Positions 1 to 9,455 of a DNA stretch of 64,000 bases are shown one piece after another (within the stretch, counting starts at the first letter, position 1; every line of letters begins with the position of its first letter). The notes beneath the pieces were generated by a model. It did no database searches. It was not told where the DNA came from and saw nothing but the letters and a program-made list of their open reading frames with translations. The stretch is from an uncultured Alphaproteobacteria bacterium (GTDB taxonomy: Bacteria > Pseudomonadota > Alphaproteobacteria > JAJFIK01), in the NCBI GenBank assembly GCA_964474635.1, contig CAYYTT010000006.1:2123-66122 (forward strand), written 5' to 3'. Position numbers and translations under genes: made by a program.

Positions 1-503
1 CCCAAGGCCCCATCTCCGATGGTGCCGGAGACCCACAACACGTCGCCCACCTTGGCGCCCGAACGGCGCAGGGCGCCCTCCTCCTCGACCCGGCCAATGG
101 CTGTAAGGCTTGCCGTCAAGGGGCCATCCGTGGCCACCGTATCGCCGCCGCCCAAGGCCACCCGGAAGGCAGTGAGGTCCCTGCCCAGTCCGGCCGAGAA
201 GGCGGCGACATCCGCGTCGCTCGTCCTGTCTGGCCAGGCCAGGGTGAGGAACACGGCCACGGGCTCGGCCCCCATGGCGGCGAGATCCGACAGGTTCACG
301 CGCATGAGCTTGCGCGCGACGAGGTCAAGGGGGTCCGTATGCAGAAAATGCCGGCCCGCCACGATGGCGTCGGTCGTGACGGCCAGGGCCTGTCCATCGC
401 CGAGGGGAATGAGGGCCGCATCGTCCACCAGATCGAGCGCGATCCCGTTGCCCGCCGCCAGCGGACGGAAATACTGTCCGATCCAGTCAAATTCACCCAC
501 CAC
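1..503 (-). CDS. thiL: thiamine-monophosphate kinase, N-terminal part (gene continues past the left edge)
   Basis: Own reverse-strand translation, not in the ORF track: VVGEFDWIGQYFRPLAAGNGIALDLVDDAALIPLGDGQALAVTTDAIVAGRHFLHTDPLDLVARKLMRVNLSDLAAMGAEP...ALGGGDTVATDGP...RRSGAKVGDVLWVSGTIGDGAL. ThiL hallmarks are present (GEF..I..YF, DDAA, TTD..V.G.HF, NLSDLAAMGA, GGDT). GTG at 503-501 has GGAG 5 nt upstream and overlaps the P450 stop by about 11 nt. Confidence 0.8.
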   Translation of the reverse strand, partial: MVGEFDWIGQYFRPLAAGNGIALDLVDDAALIPLGDGQALAVTTDAIVAGRHFLHTDPLDLVARKLMRVNLSDLAAMGAEPVAVFLTLAWPDRTSDADVAAFSAGLGRDLTAFRVALGGGDTVATDGPLTASLTAIGRVEEEGALRRSGAKVGDVLWVSGTIGDGAL

Positions 504-1908
504 GCGGGCTCCGCCGTTCGATGCGCATGGGAACTTCCGTGGAGGGCGCCAGGGTGATGCGCAGCACCGGCATGGGCTCCCCCGCGCCCGCATGGGTCAG
601 GCGCAGCCGGGACAGCATATGGGCCATGATGATGATCATCTCCTGCATGGCAAAACGCGCGCCGATGCACACGCGCGGCCCGGCCCCGAATGGCAGATAC
701 GCAAAGCGGTGCAGACCATCGGCCTCCCCGCCCTCCAGGAACCGGGCGGGGCGGAAGCGGCTTGGCTCGCGCCACAGGGCGTTATGGCGGTGGAGCACCC
801 AGGGCAGGACCAGCACATCCGTGCCCACCGCCATGTCGTGATCGCCCAAGCGATGGGCGCGGATTGCCGACCGGGAAATCGAACCGGCGGCCGGGTAAAG
901 GCGCATGCTCTCCTTCAAGACAGCTTCGGTCAGCGGCAGACGGCTCGCCCAGTCCTGGGGCGGCGTTGCTTCAAGGTTCGCGGTCTCGATTTCCGCGCAC
1001 AAGGCATCCTGCAGATTTGGCTGGCGGGCGATGAGATAGAATGTCCAGGCAAGACTGCGCGCGGTGGTCTCATGGCCCGCGCCGATGAAGGTGAGCAGGT
1101 TGTTGATGATCTCATCATCGGTGAGCGGATCGCCATCGGCGAGCCCCACGCTCAGCAGAAGGGACATGAAATCGCGCCCCTCGCCAGGATTTGCCCGCGC
1201 GCGCTGGTCTTCCAGGAGCGCACCAATGGCGCCGCGGATGGTTCTGAGAGCCCGGGCGCTGGCCCCCCGCCCCCAACGCGGCACAAAGGCGGGCGCCCGC
1301 AGCACGTCGAGCGCGTGGGGCCGCCCAAAACCCTCAAAGGCCGTTTCCAGATTTCGGGCGAAGGTTTTCAGATCGAGCGCAGCATCGTCCGGGAACAGAC
1401 AGGCCATCAGGATCTTCAAGGTGAGGTCCACCATGTCGTCGGCGAACGGAACGACTTCACCGTCGCGCGCCTCCAGGGCGTCCATATGGGCCTTTGTGAC
1501 GGCAACCATCGCCGGCGCGAACCCGTCCACGTGACGGGGTGTGAAAATGGGCATGAGCTGACGCCGGATTCGGGCCCAGCGCTCACCTTCAGCCGTCAGC
1601 AAGCCTTCGCCGACAATGGAACTCAGTACCGTCTGGCGCAGGTCCTGGAGCCGGTAATCGGCCGCATGGCTGACCAGCATCTCGCGGATCAGCGCGGGCT
1701 CGTGGAGCAGCATGATGGAGCGCCCCACATAGCGCCCAGCCAGGATGGTGTCATCGAAATAGCGTTCAGGAAAAATGGTAAGCGGATTGCCGGTCAGGGC
1801 GCGCAGGAAGCGCCAATAGGTGATGGGCGTTGGACGCGCCAGGGGATCATGGTTCGGGGGAACCGGCGCCGGTGGCAGGAAGTCCTGGTCTTCGGGAAAC
1901 TGGGCCAT
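493..1908 (-). CDS. cytochrome P450
   Basis: 471-aa ORF with the heme-thiolate loop FGAGPRVCIGARFA (FxxGxRxCxG) and ExxR (ESMR) upstream. Length is typical of P450s. Confidence 0.9.
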   Translation of the reverse strand: MAQFPEDQDFLPPAPVPPNHDPLARPTPITYWRFLRALTGNPLTIFPERYFDDTILAGRYVGRSIMLLHEPALIREMLVSHAADYRLQDLRQTVLSSIVGEGLLTAEGERWARIRRQLMPIFTPRHVDGFAPAMVAVTKAHMDALEARDGEVVPFADDMVDLTLKILMACLFPDDAALDLKTFARNLETAFEGFGRPHALDVLRAPAFVPRWGRGASARALRTIRGAIGALLEDQRARANPGEGRDFMSLLLSVGLADGDPLTDDEIINNLLTFIGAGHETTARSLAWTFYLIARQPNLQDALCAEIETANLEATPPQDWASRLPLTEAVLKESMRLYPAAGSISRSAIRAHRLGDHDMAVGTDVLVLPWVLHRHNALWREPSRFRPARFLEGGEADGLHRFAYLPFGAGPRVCIGARFAMQEMIIIMAHMLSRLRLTHAGAGEPMPVLRITLAPSTEVPMRIERRSPRGG

Positions 1909-1980
1909 TGGGGGTGCCTCCGTGGCGCATGTCTTTGAGTGCCCGTGCCTTGCCCCGGGGGGCGCGCGGGATGACCGGCG

Positions 1981-2424
1981 TCAGGCGTGATGGTCCGGAT
2001 CGAGACCAAAAGCCTCCATCACGTCATCGCCCACACGGCGCGGACGGCCTGTCGCTTTCACGATCATGACCCAGGTCGTAAGGGCCGAAACCGAAAAACG
2101 GGAGGCGCCGGGTTTGCGGATGTCGGTGAACCGGTCAAAGCGCGGACCCGCACGCCGGCCAAGCCAGGTGCGCACGTCCACGCCATCGCCGGGAAGGACC
2201 GGTTCGCGGTAATCGATTTCATGGCGCAGACAGATCCAGACATGATCCTGCGCCATGGGACCCGATGCGACCGTGAACCAATGGGTCGTGGCCGCCTCCT
2301 GGATCCACTGGACATAGACGGCGTTGTTCACGTGGCCGAGTTCGTCGCAGTCGTGCGGCTGGGCTGTCCGGGTTGTCAGGAACGCGGTCTCGAAAGACAT
2401 TGCGCCGAGGCCGGTTCCTGGCAT
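1981..2424 (-). CDS. hotdog-fold acyl-CoA thioesterase (4HBT/YbgC-like)
   Basis: 147-aa ORF. The N-terminal DCDELGHVNNAVYVQWIQEA matches the D-x-x-G-H-V-x-N-x-x-Y signature of 4HBT thioesterases. The start could be the internal Met at about 2400. Confidence 0.8.
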   Translation of the reverse strand: MPGTGLGAMSFETAFLTTRTAQPHDCDELGHVNNAVYVQWIQEAATTHWFTVASGPMAQDHVWICLRHEIDYREPVLPGDGVDVRTWLGRRAGPRFDRFTDIRKPGASRFSVSALTTWVMIVKATGRPRRVGDDVMEAFGLDPDHHA

Positions 2425-2506
2425 GCCCGTCTCTCCTCTTCGTGGCCCCGGGGGCCCCGAAGCGCCCCCCCTTTTGTCGCTCAGTGGCGTCGCCCAGTAC
2501 TGTCAC

Positions 2507-5500
2507 TCAGTGCCAGCGCAGGTCCAGCGTATAGGGATTATCGAGCCCGATATGGGGCTCGCGGATCGTCATGGGTCCTGGTGTATGCCCGAAGGGCGCG
2601 AAGCGGGCCAGCATGCGCCCCTCCGCTTCCAGGGCGTTGATGGGCCGGATGTCCGGATTGAGGCCGCCAGGATGCTCCGTGTAATACGTGCAGCCGCCGA
2701 TGGATCGGCCGTTCCAGGTGTCCACCACATCGAAGATCAACGGCCCGTGGGGCGGGATGGTCGGATGGAGGCATGAGGACGGCAACCAGGTCCGGAACCG
2801 CACCCCCGCGATGGACGTCTCCGGAGCGTCCGTGGGCGTCAGGGGCAGACCGACGCCATTGCAGGTCACCCGGTAGCGCCCGCCGCCATTGCCGCTGACT
2901 TCCACCTGAAGACGCTCGATGGAGCTGTCCACGAACCGGGCCGTACCGCCGACGGCCCCCTCCTCTCCGAGAACCGGCCAGGGCTCCAGGGCCGCTCGCA
3001 GGGACACGTCGATCCCGGCAAAGCTGACCTTGCCATAGAGTGGAAAGCGCCATTCGTGGTGCACGTCGAACCACGTCGGGTCGAGGTCCACGCCCACGGC
3101 CGCGCCGGTGTCCGCGAGGACGTCGCACAGGTCCTGCCACAGGAAATAGGGCAGCATGAACTTGTCATGGAGCGCGGACCCGAAGCGGACGAAGGGCGCC
3201 GTGTAGGGCTTGCGCCAGAACCGCGCGATCAGGGCCCGGAGCAAAAGCTGCTGCACCAGGCTCATGCGGGCATGGGGCGGCATTTCAAAGGCACGGAATT
3301 CAACGAGGCCGAGGCGCCCCGTGGGGCCGTCCGGCGAATAGAGCTTGTCGATGCAGATTTCCGAGCGGTGCGTGTTGCCCGAGACATCTACCATGAGATG
3401 GCGCAGCAGTCTGTCGACGAGCCAGGGCGGGCATTCCGTGCCCATCGCGGCATCCGGGTTCGGGATCTGTTTGAAGGCCAGTTCAAGCTCGCTCAAGGCC
3501 TCGAAACGGGCCTCGTCGACCCGGGGCGCCTGGCTCGTCGGGCCAATGAACTGACCGGAAAAGAAGTAGCTGAGCGAGGGGTGGTTCTGCCAGTAGCGGA
3601 TCAGGGAGGCCAGGACATCCGGCCGGCGTAGGAACGGGCTGTCGGCCGGCGTCGCGCCGCCCACCACGATGTGGTTGCCCCCGCCCGAGCCCGTGGGCCG
3701 GCCGTCGACTTGGAACTTGGAGGTGTCAAGGCCGGTCTGGCGGGCTTCCTCGTACAGAATATCCGTAATTTCGACCTGCTCGTCCCAGGAGCTTGACGGG
3801 TGGATATTGACCTCGATTACACCCGGATCCGGCGTCACCTTGACGACGTTGAGGCGCGGGTCGAAGGGCGGCGTGTAGCCCTCGATGTGAACCGGCATGC
3901 CGAGGGCCGTCGCGGTTTCCTCGATGGCGTCGATCAGGTCGACATATTCATCCGCCGACGGAACCGGCGGCATGAACACGCAGATCCGCCCATCCCGTGG
4001 CTCCACCGCAATGGCGGTGCGCACCGTCGGCGCGAAGGGCCCCGCGAAGAACCCGTCATCGACACCGGTGCCGACCATGGTGTCCACCGGCGGGCGCGGC
4101 CAGACCTGACCGGTGCCTGCGCCGGCACGCTGGTCCTGCATCACGGGTGCGCGGGCCGGCAGGGCGCCGCGGGCCGCGAACGGATCGAGGGGATGGACCG
4201 CCGGCACGTCCGGTGCCGGCGCATAGCTGAGCGAGCGCAAGGGCAGACGCAGCCCCGCCGGGCTGTCGCCGGGGATCAGGAAAATCGCATCGCGCCGGGT
4301 GCGCCAGCGCTCGGACTGCCAGCGATACCGCCGACGCCCGCCCGCGCGCCGGGCCCGCGCCTGGGCCGGCTGAATGGGCAGCACGAAGCTTGCCGGCTGG
4401 GACAGACCGCGGTCGAAGACACGCGCCATGCGAGCCCGCTCCTGGGGGTCTTCAAGCTTGTTGTCCCGCGTGTCCACATTGAGGGGGAGCTGATGTTCCT
4501 TGAGCAGAAAGGCCCCCGGATCCTCATAGGCTGGCTGAGCGAAATCCGGATCGATCTCAAGGGCCTCGCACAGGCCCGTCATGAAGGCCTGCGCGTCGGC
4601 CGCGGTGGCCGTGCCCCGCACCTCTTCGCGCGCGATCAGAGCCTGGTCCTGCCACAGGGGCACACCGTCCTTGCGCCAGTAGAGCGCAAAGGCCCAGCGG
4701 GGCAATTGTTCGCCCGGATACCATTTGCCCTGGCCGTAATGGAGCAGGCCGTCGGGCGCGAAACGATCGCGCAGACGGCGGATCAACTGATCCGCATAGG
4801 CCCGCTTGGTGGGGCCAACCGCGTCAATGTTCCACTCCGCCCCGTCCCGGTCGGTCGCGGAGACGAAGGTCGGCTCGCCGCCCACGGTCAGACGCACATC
4901 GCCAGCCGCCAGGATGCGGTCGATGATTTGGCCGGTTTTCTCGATGGCCGTCCACTGATCGTCCGAATAGGGCAGCGTGATGCGCGGGGTCTCGCGCACG
5001 CGGCTGATCGACATTTCGAAATCGAACTCGACCTCCGCCTCGTCATGGGCCCCGGCGATTGGCGCGGCGCTTGAGGGGAACGGCGTGGCGGCGAGTGGAA
5101 TGTGGCCCTCACCTGCGAAAAGGCCAGAGGTGGCATCAAGACCGATCCAGCCGGCGCCGGGGGCATAGACCTCCGCCCAGGCGTGCAGATCGGTGAAGTC
5201 CGCTTCGGGGCCGGTCGGCCCCTCAATGGGCGCCACGTCGGGCGTGAGCTGAATGAGGTAACCGGAGACGAAACGGGCCGCATAGCCGAGCCGGCGCAGC
5301 ACCTGCACGAGCAGCCAGGCACTGTCCCGGCACGATCCGGTGGCCTTGGTCAGCGTGTCTTCCGGGGTCTGGATGCCCGGTTCCATGCGGATCACGTAAC
5401 CGACGGCCTCTTGGACCTTCTGGTTCAGATCCACAAGGAAATCGACCGTGCGCCGGGGCGTCAGATCGATGGTCTTGATGAAGGCGTCGAGCCGCTTGCC

Positions 5501-5869
5501 CTCTTCGGTGCACTCCAAATAGGGCGCCAGGTCGCGGGCGAGGCCCGTGCTGTATTTGAACGGCACCGTCTCGGCGGCGTCATCGAGAAAAAAGTCGAAC
5601 GGATTGATCGCATCCATGCGCGCAACAAGGTCGATGGTGACCGAGAAATGGTCGACCCGGTCGGGGAAAACGATGCGCGCAAGCCAGTTGCCGAAGGGAT
5701 CCTGCTGCCAATTCAGGAAATGCTCGGCCGGCGAAATGGTCTGGGAAAAGCTCAGGATTTGCGTCCGGCAATGGGGGGCCGGGCGCAGGCGCACGATCTG
5801 CGGCGCCATGCCCACGGTCCGGTCATAGCGATAGGTGGTGGTGTGTGTGATGCCCGCGTCGATTGCCAT
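2507..5869 (-). CDS. large transglutaminase-family protein (Bact_transglu_N + transglutaminase core + DUF2126-like C-terminal region)
   Basis: 1120-aa ORF. The N-terminus ITHTTTYRYDRTV...VRLRP is typical of the bacterial transglutaminase N-domain. The core Cys motif is GSCRDSAWLLVQVLRRLGYAARFVSGY, followed by HAWAEVY...GWIGLDATSG (His/Asp of the triad). Confidence 0.85.
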   Translation of the reverse strand: MAIDAGITHTTTYRYDRTVGMAPQIVRLRPAPHCRTQILSFSQTISPAEHFLNWQQDPFGNWLARIVFPDRVDHFSVTIDLVARMDAINPFDFFLDDAAETVPFKYSTGLARDLAPYLECTEEGKRLDAFIKTIDLTPRRTVDFLVDLNQKVQEAVGYVIRMEPGIQTPEDTLTKATGSCRDSAWLLVQVLRRLGYAARFVSGYLIQLTPDVAPIEGPTGPEADFTDLHAWAEVYAPGAGWIGLDATSGLFAGEGHIPLAATPFPSSAAPIAGAHDEAEVEFDFEMSISRVRETPRITLPYSDDQWTAIEKTGQIIDRILAAGDVRLTVGGEPTFVSATDRDGAEWNIDAVGPTKRAYADQLIRRLRDRFAPDGLLHYGQGKWYPGEQLPRWAFALYWRKDGVPLWQDQALIAREEVRGTATAADAQAFMTGLCEALEIDPDFAQPAYEDPGAFLLKEHQLPLNVDTRDNKLEDPQERARMARVFDRGLSQPASFVLPIQPAQARARRAGGRRRYRWQSERWRTRRDAIFLIPGDSPAGLRLPLRSLSYAPAPDVPAVHPLDPFAARGALPARAPVMQDQRAGAGTGQVWPRPPVDTMVGTGVDDGFFAGPFAPTVRTAIAVEPRDGRICVFMPPVPSADEYVDLIDAIEETATALGMPVHIEGYTPPFDPRLNVVKVTPDPGVIEVNIHPSSSWDEQVEITDILYEEARQTGLDTSKFQVDGRPTGSGGGNHIVVGGATPADSPFLRRPDVLASLIRYWQNHPSLSYFFSGQFIGPTSQAPRVDEARFEALSELELAFKQIPNPDAAMGTECPPWLVDRLLRHLMVDVSGNTHRSEICIDKLYSPDGPTGRLGLVEFRAFEMPPHARMSLVQQLLLRALIARFWRKPYTAPFVRFGSALHDKFMLPYFLWQDLCDVLADTGAAVGVDLDPTWFDVHHEWRFPLYGKVSFAGIDVSLRAALEPWPVLGEEGAVGGTARFVDSSIERLQVEVSGNGGGRYRVTCNGVGLPLTPTDAPETSIAGVRFRTWLPSSCLHPTIPPHGPLIFDVVDTWNGRSIGGCTYYTEHPGGLNPDIRPINALEAEGRMLARFAPFGHTPGPMTIREPHIGLDNPYTLDLRWH

Positions 5870-6089
5870 GAAAACCCCTCTAAACCCGAAAAAAGCGTGC
5901 CGCCGGACTGGCGCCGGACCCGGCGCACCGCCCCGAGGCGCGCGGCTGTCCGCACCGGTCCTATCAAGACCAAGTTAACGCTGTTTTCGCTGACCCTATG
6001 CAAGCGTGCCCGGACTGTACACACTGTTGCATAGTGGGTCGAAGCCGTGGCACAGCGATGCAGGGATTCGCGTGGGGAGGTGGGAACTC

Positions 6090-7508
6090 GTGACGCAACA
6101 CTACTTCAACGAAATGTATGACGGCGAAGATATTCGCCCGTTTTATTCGCTTGTGGACCGCTGGGTTCAGGAAACCGGCCTCGATACGCTCCGCTTCCGG
6201 GCGAACGAGGCGGCGACCCTGTTCCGCAAAATCGGCATCACCTTCGCTGTTTATGGCGAGGACGGGGATCCGGAACGCTTGATCCCGTTCGACCTGGTGC
6301 CCCGGGTCTTCGGCAGTTCCGAATGGGCGCACATCGAGGCCGGCGTGATGCAGCGTGCCCGCGCCCTCAACGCGTTCTTGAGCGATATCTACGGCGATGC
6401 AGAGATCGTGAAAGCGGGCGTCATTCCCGCCGATATCTCCTTCGGAAATGCCGCCTTCGAACCGATCATGCAGGAGATCCGGCCGCCGCGCGGGGTCTTC
6501 AGCCATGTGATCGGCGTCGATGTGGTGCGGGTGTCGGCCGGCGAATATTACGTTTTGGAAGACAATTGCCGCACGCCGTCGGGCATTTCCTACGTCCTGG
6601 AAAACCGTGAAATCATGTCGCGGATGTTCCCGGATCTGATCCATGAAGCGCGCATCCGCCCCGTGGACAGCTATCCGGATCTGTTGCGCAGCGTACTGAA
6701 GGACATGGCGCCGCGCCAGTGTGAAGGTGAGCCGCGCCAGGTGGTCCTCACGCCAGGCTACTTGAACAGCGCCTATTACGAGCACTCGTTCCTGGCCGAT
6801 AAAATGGGCATTGAACTCGTCGAGGGCCCGGACCTGTTCACCGAGGACGGCAAGGTCTACATGCGCACGACCCGCGGGCCCCAACGGGTCGACGTGATCT
6901 ACCGGCGCATCGACGATGCCTTCCTTGATCCGCAGTTCTTCCGCAAGGACTCGGTGCTCGGCGTCAAAGGGCTGATCGAGGCATACCGCAACGGGGCCGT
7001 GACGTTGGCCAATGCCCCCGGCACCGGGGTCGCCGATGACAAGGCGGTCTATACTTATGTCCCGGACATGGTGAAGTTCTACCTGGCCGAGGAACCGATC
7101 CTGTCCAATGTGCCGACCTGGCGCTGCCGTGACCGCTCAGACCTCACCTATGTCCTTGAAAACCTCAAAGATCTGGTGGTCAAGGAAGTCCATGGTTCGG
7201 GCGGTTACGGCATGCTGATCGGGCCGAAATCAACGGCGGCCGAATGCGAGGAGTTCCGCAAGCGGATCGTCGCCAATCCCCACAACTACATCGCCCAGCC
7301 GACCCTGTCCCTGTCGACCTGCCCCTGCCTCGTGGAGGAAGGGCTGGCGCCGCGCCATGTGGATTTCCGGCCCTTTGTGCTGACCGGCGCGCGCATGGAA
7401 GTGATCCCGGGAGGCCTCACCCGGGTTGCCTTGCGCAAGGGCTCGCTGGTGGTCAATTCGAGCCAGGGCGGCGGAGTTAAAGACACTTGGGTTCTGGACG
7501 CGGAGTAA
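6090..7508 (+). CDS. circularly permuted type-2 ATP-grasp protein (COG2308-like)
   Basis: ORF-track frame 6006..7508. The start is trimmed to an in-frame GTG at 6090, 10 nt after GGGAGG. The N-terminus HYFNEMYDGEDIRPFY...GITFAVYGEDGDPERLIPFDLVPRV is characteristic of this family. Confidence 0.85.
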   Translation: MTQHYFNEMYDGEDIRPFYSLVDRWVQETGLDTLRFRANEAATLFRKIGITFAVYGEDGDPERLIPFDLVPRVFGSSEWAHIEAGVMQRARALNAFLSDIYGDAEIVKAGVIPADISFGNAAFEPIMQEIRPPRGVFSHVIGVDVVRVSAGEYYVLEDNCRTPSGISYVLENREIMSRMFPDLIHEARIRPVDSYPDLLRSVLKDMAPRQCEGEPRQVVLTPGYLNSAYYEHSFLADKMGIELVEGPDLFTEDGKVYMRTTRGPQRVDVIYRRIDDAFLDPQFFRKDSVLGVKGLIEAYRNGAVTLANAPGTGVADDKAVYTYVPDMVKFYLAEEPILSNVPTWRCRDRSDLTYVLENLKDLVVKEVHGSGGYGMLIGPKSTAAECEEFRKRIVANPHNYIAQPTLSLSTCPCLVEEGLAPRHVDFRPFVLTGARMEVIPGGLTRVALRKGSLVVNSSQGGGVKDTWVLDAE

Positions 7509-7512
7509 GATC

Positions 7513-8493
7513 ATGCTGAGCCGTACCGCGGAAAATCTTTACTGGCTCGCCCGCTATCTGGAGCGCGCCGAAAACAACGCCCGCCTCGTGGACATGGGCA
7601 ATCGCATGGCCGCCCTGCCCGCCAGCGACGAGGACCGGGCCCAGGAATGGGCCTCGGTGGTGATCAGCGCCGGTGTCGGTGCCCAGTATCCCCACCTGTT
7701 CCAGCATGCGACCCAGGCCAGCGTCGCGCGCTATCTGCTGCTTGAGCAGGAAAACACCTCCAGCGTTTATTCCTGTTTCCATCAGGCGCGCCGTAATGCC
7801 CGCGCGGTGCGCACGGCCCTGTCCTCGGAAATGTGGGAGGCGATCAACGACGCCTGGATCCATATCCAGCAGCGTGACAACACCTTCATCAGTGGCGGCG
7901 CCCTTGCCGATTTCATCGACTGGGTGCGCAGCCGGGGCGCCCTGTTCCGCGGCTTCGTGGACAGCGCCATGCTGCGCGATGACAGCTACGATTTCGTGCG
8001 CATGGGGACCTTCATCGAGCGCGCCGACAGCACCGCTCGGCTCCTTGACGTGAAATATCACGTGCTGGTGCCCGAATGGTCCGGGGTGGGCGGGATCATC
8101 GACAAATATCAGTGGATCTCGATCCTGCGCGCTGCGAGTTCCCTGCGCAGTTATCACAGCATCAATGAGGGGGCGGTGACCGCCTGGGGCGTGACCGAGT
8201 TCATGACCCTGCAGACCGACAGCCCGCGCTCCTTGATCCATTGCTGGGAAGGCATCGCCTACCATTTGGAGCGGCTCAGCCAGGCCTATGGCGCCGAATA
8301 CGAGTGCCACGCAATCGCGCGCGAACTCGTCGCCGAAATGCGGGCCGAAACCATCGAAAGCATTTTGGCCAGCGGCCTGCACGAATTTTTGTCCGCCTTC
8401 ATCGCGAAGACCTCGATCCTGTCTCGCCTGATCGCGGACGCCTATGGTTTCGGCGCCGGGACCGCGCCCAGTCTGGCTGGCCCCGCGTCTTGA
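7513..8493 (+). CDS. alpha-E domain protein (COG2307-like)
   Basis: In-frame ATG at 7513, 4 nt after the ATP-grasp stop. The N-terminus MLSRTAENLYWLARYLERAENNARL is the canonical alpha-E start. Confidence 0.85.
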   Translation: MLSRTAENLYWLARYLERAENNARLVDMGNRMAALPASDEDRAQEWASVVISAGVGAQYPHLFQHATQASVARYLLLEQENTSSVYSCFHQARRNARAVRTALSSEMWEAINDAWIHIQQRDNTFISGGALADFIDWVRSRGALFRGFVDSAMLRDDSYDFVRMGTFIERADSTARLLDVKYHVLVPEWSGVGGIIDKYQWISILRAASSLRSYHSINEGAVTAWGVTEFMTLQTDSPRSLIHCWEGIAYHLERLSQAYGAEYECHAIARELVAEMRAETIESILASGLHEFLSAFIAKTSILSRLIADAYGFGAGTAPSLAGPAS

Positions 8494-8542
8494 TGCCCTG
8501 CCGCCCGAGGGCCGGACGGGCTCGCTCCGTAGAGGGACGGAT

Positions 8543-9274
8543 ATGACGTACTGCATCGCCATGAAACTGGACGCAGGTCTGGTTCTCTTGGCCGATACCC
8601 GAACGAATGCGGGCATCGATAACATTTCCACTTTCCGTAAAATGTTCACCTGGTCCGTCCCCGGAGAACGGGCCGTGGCCCTGCTGACAAGCGGTAACCT
8701 GGCCATCACCCAGGCCGTGGTCAGTCAACTCCAGGAACGCATCGATTATCCCCAGGACGGCGTGCCGACCCTGCTGACGGTTGAGACCATGTTCGAGGTC
8801 GTGCAGCTCGTCGCCGACACCATGCGCGATGTCCAATCCCGCTATGGCCCGGCCCTCGCCGCCATGAACGAAAACGCCCTCGCCTCCATCGTGGTGGCGG
8901 GCCAACGCATGGGCGGCGTGCCGCGCCTGTTCCTGGTCTATGCCGCCGGAAACTTCATCGAGGCGACCGACGATACGCCTTATTTCCAGATCGGCGAGAC
9001 CAAATACGGCAAACCCATCCTGGATCAGGTCATGTCCCTTGATTTGTCCGTGCAGGAGGGGGTGACGCTTGGCCTTTTGTCCATGGCGTCCACCATGCGC
9101 TCGAACCTGTCCGTGGGCATGCCCATCGATGTGGCCGTGGTTTCGCGCGACCGGTTCGCCTTTGATCAGATCCGACGGATCGAGGCGGATGACCAGGCCT
9201 TTTGGGATCTGTCCAATGCCTGGTCGGCCAAGCTGAAAGCCTCGTTTGAAGACCTGCGCTCCATGATTGTGTGA
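8543..9274 (+). CDS. proteasome-type peptidase, Anbu (ancestral beta subunit) family
   Basis: In-frame ATG at 8543 after AGAGGGA. The N-terminus MTYCIAMKLDAGLVLLADTRTNAG puts Thr at position 2 (N-terminal nucleophile, no propeptide), as in Anbu/HslV-like Ntn hydrolases. Genomic context is ATP-grasp + alpha-E. Confidence 0.8.
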   Translation: MTYCIAMKLDAGLVLLADTRTNAGIDNISTFRKMFTWSVPGERAVALLTSGNLAITQAVVSQLQERIDYPQDGVPTLLTVETMFEVVQLVADTMRDVQSRYGPALAAMNENALASIVVAGQRMGGVPRLFLVYAAGNFIEATDDTPYFQIGETKYGKPILDQVMSLDLSVQEGVTLGLLSMASTMRSNLSVGMPIDVAVVSRDRFAFDQIRRIEADDQAFWDLSNAWSAKLKASFEDLRSMIV

Positions 9275-9455
9275 GGCCGGCGCGCGCTCTCCTGCTGTCC
9301 GCAAACCGATCATCGCTCCGTTCCAATGCGATAATTCCCGCCGGCCGGCGCCCCGCGGCGGCGCCGATTGACCTGCCGCAGCGCTGCCTTTTAGGCTGCT
9401 TGCCAGAAGATCGTGGACATTGCTGACAACAAAACCCAAACGGGAGGCAGCCCTT

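Noticed and set aside
19-1938. 639-aa plus-strand ORF
   Set aside because: It is antisense to the well-supported P450 and thiL genes. It is Arg/Ala/Pro-rich and low in complexity with no motifs, which is typical of a high-GC shadow ORF.
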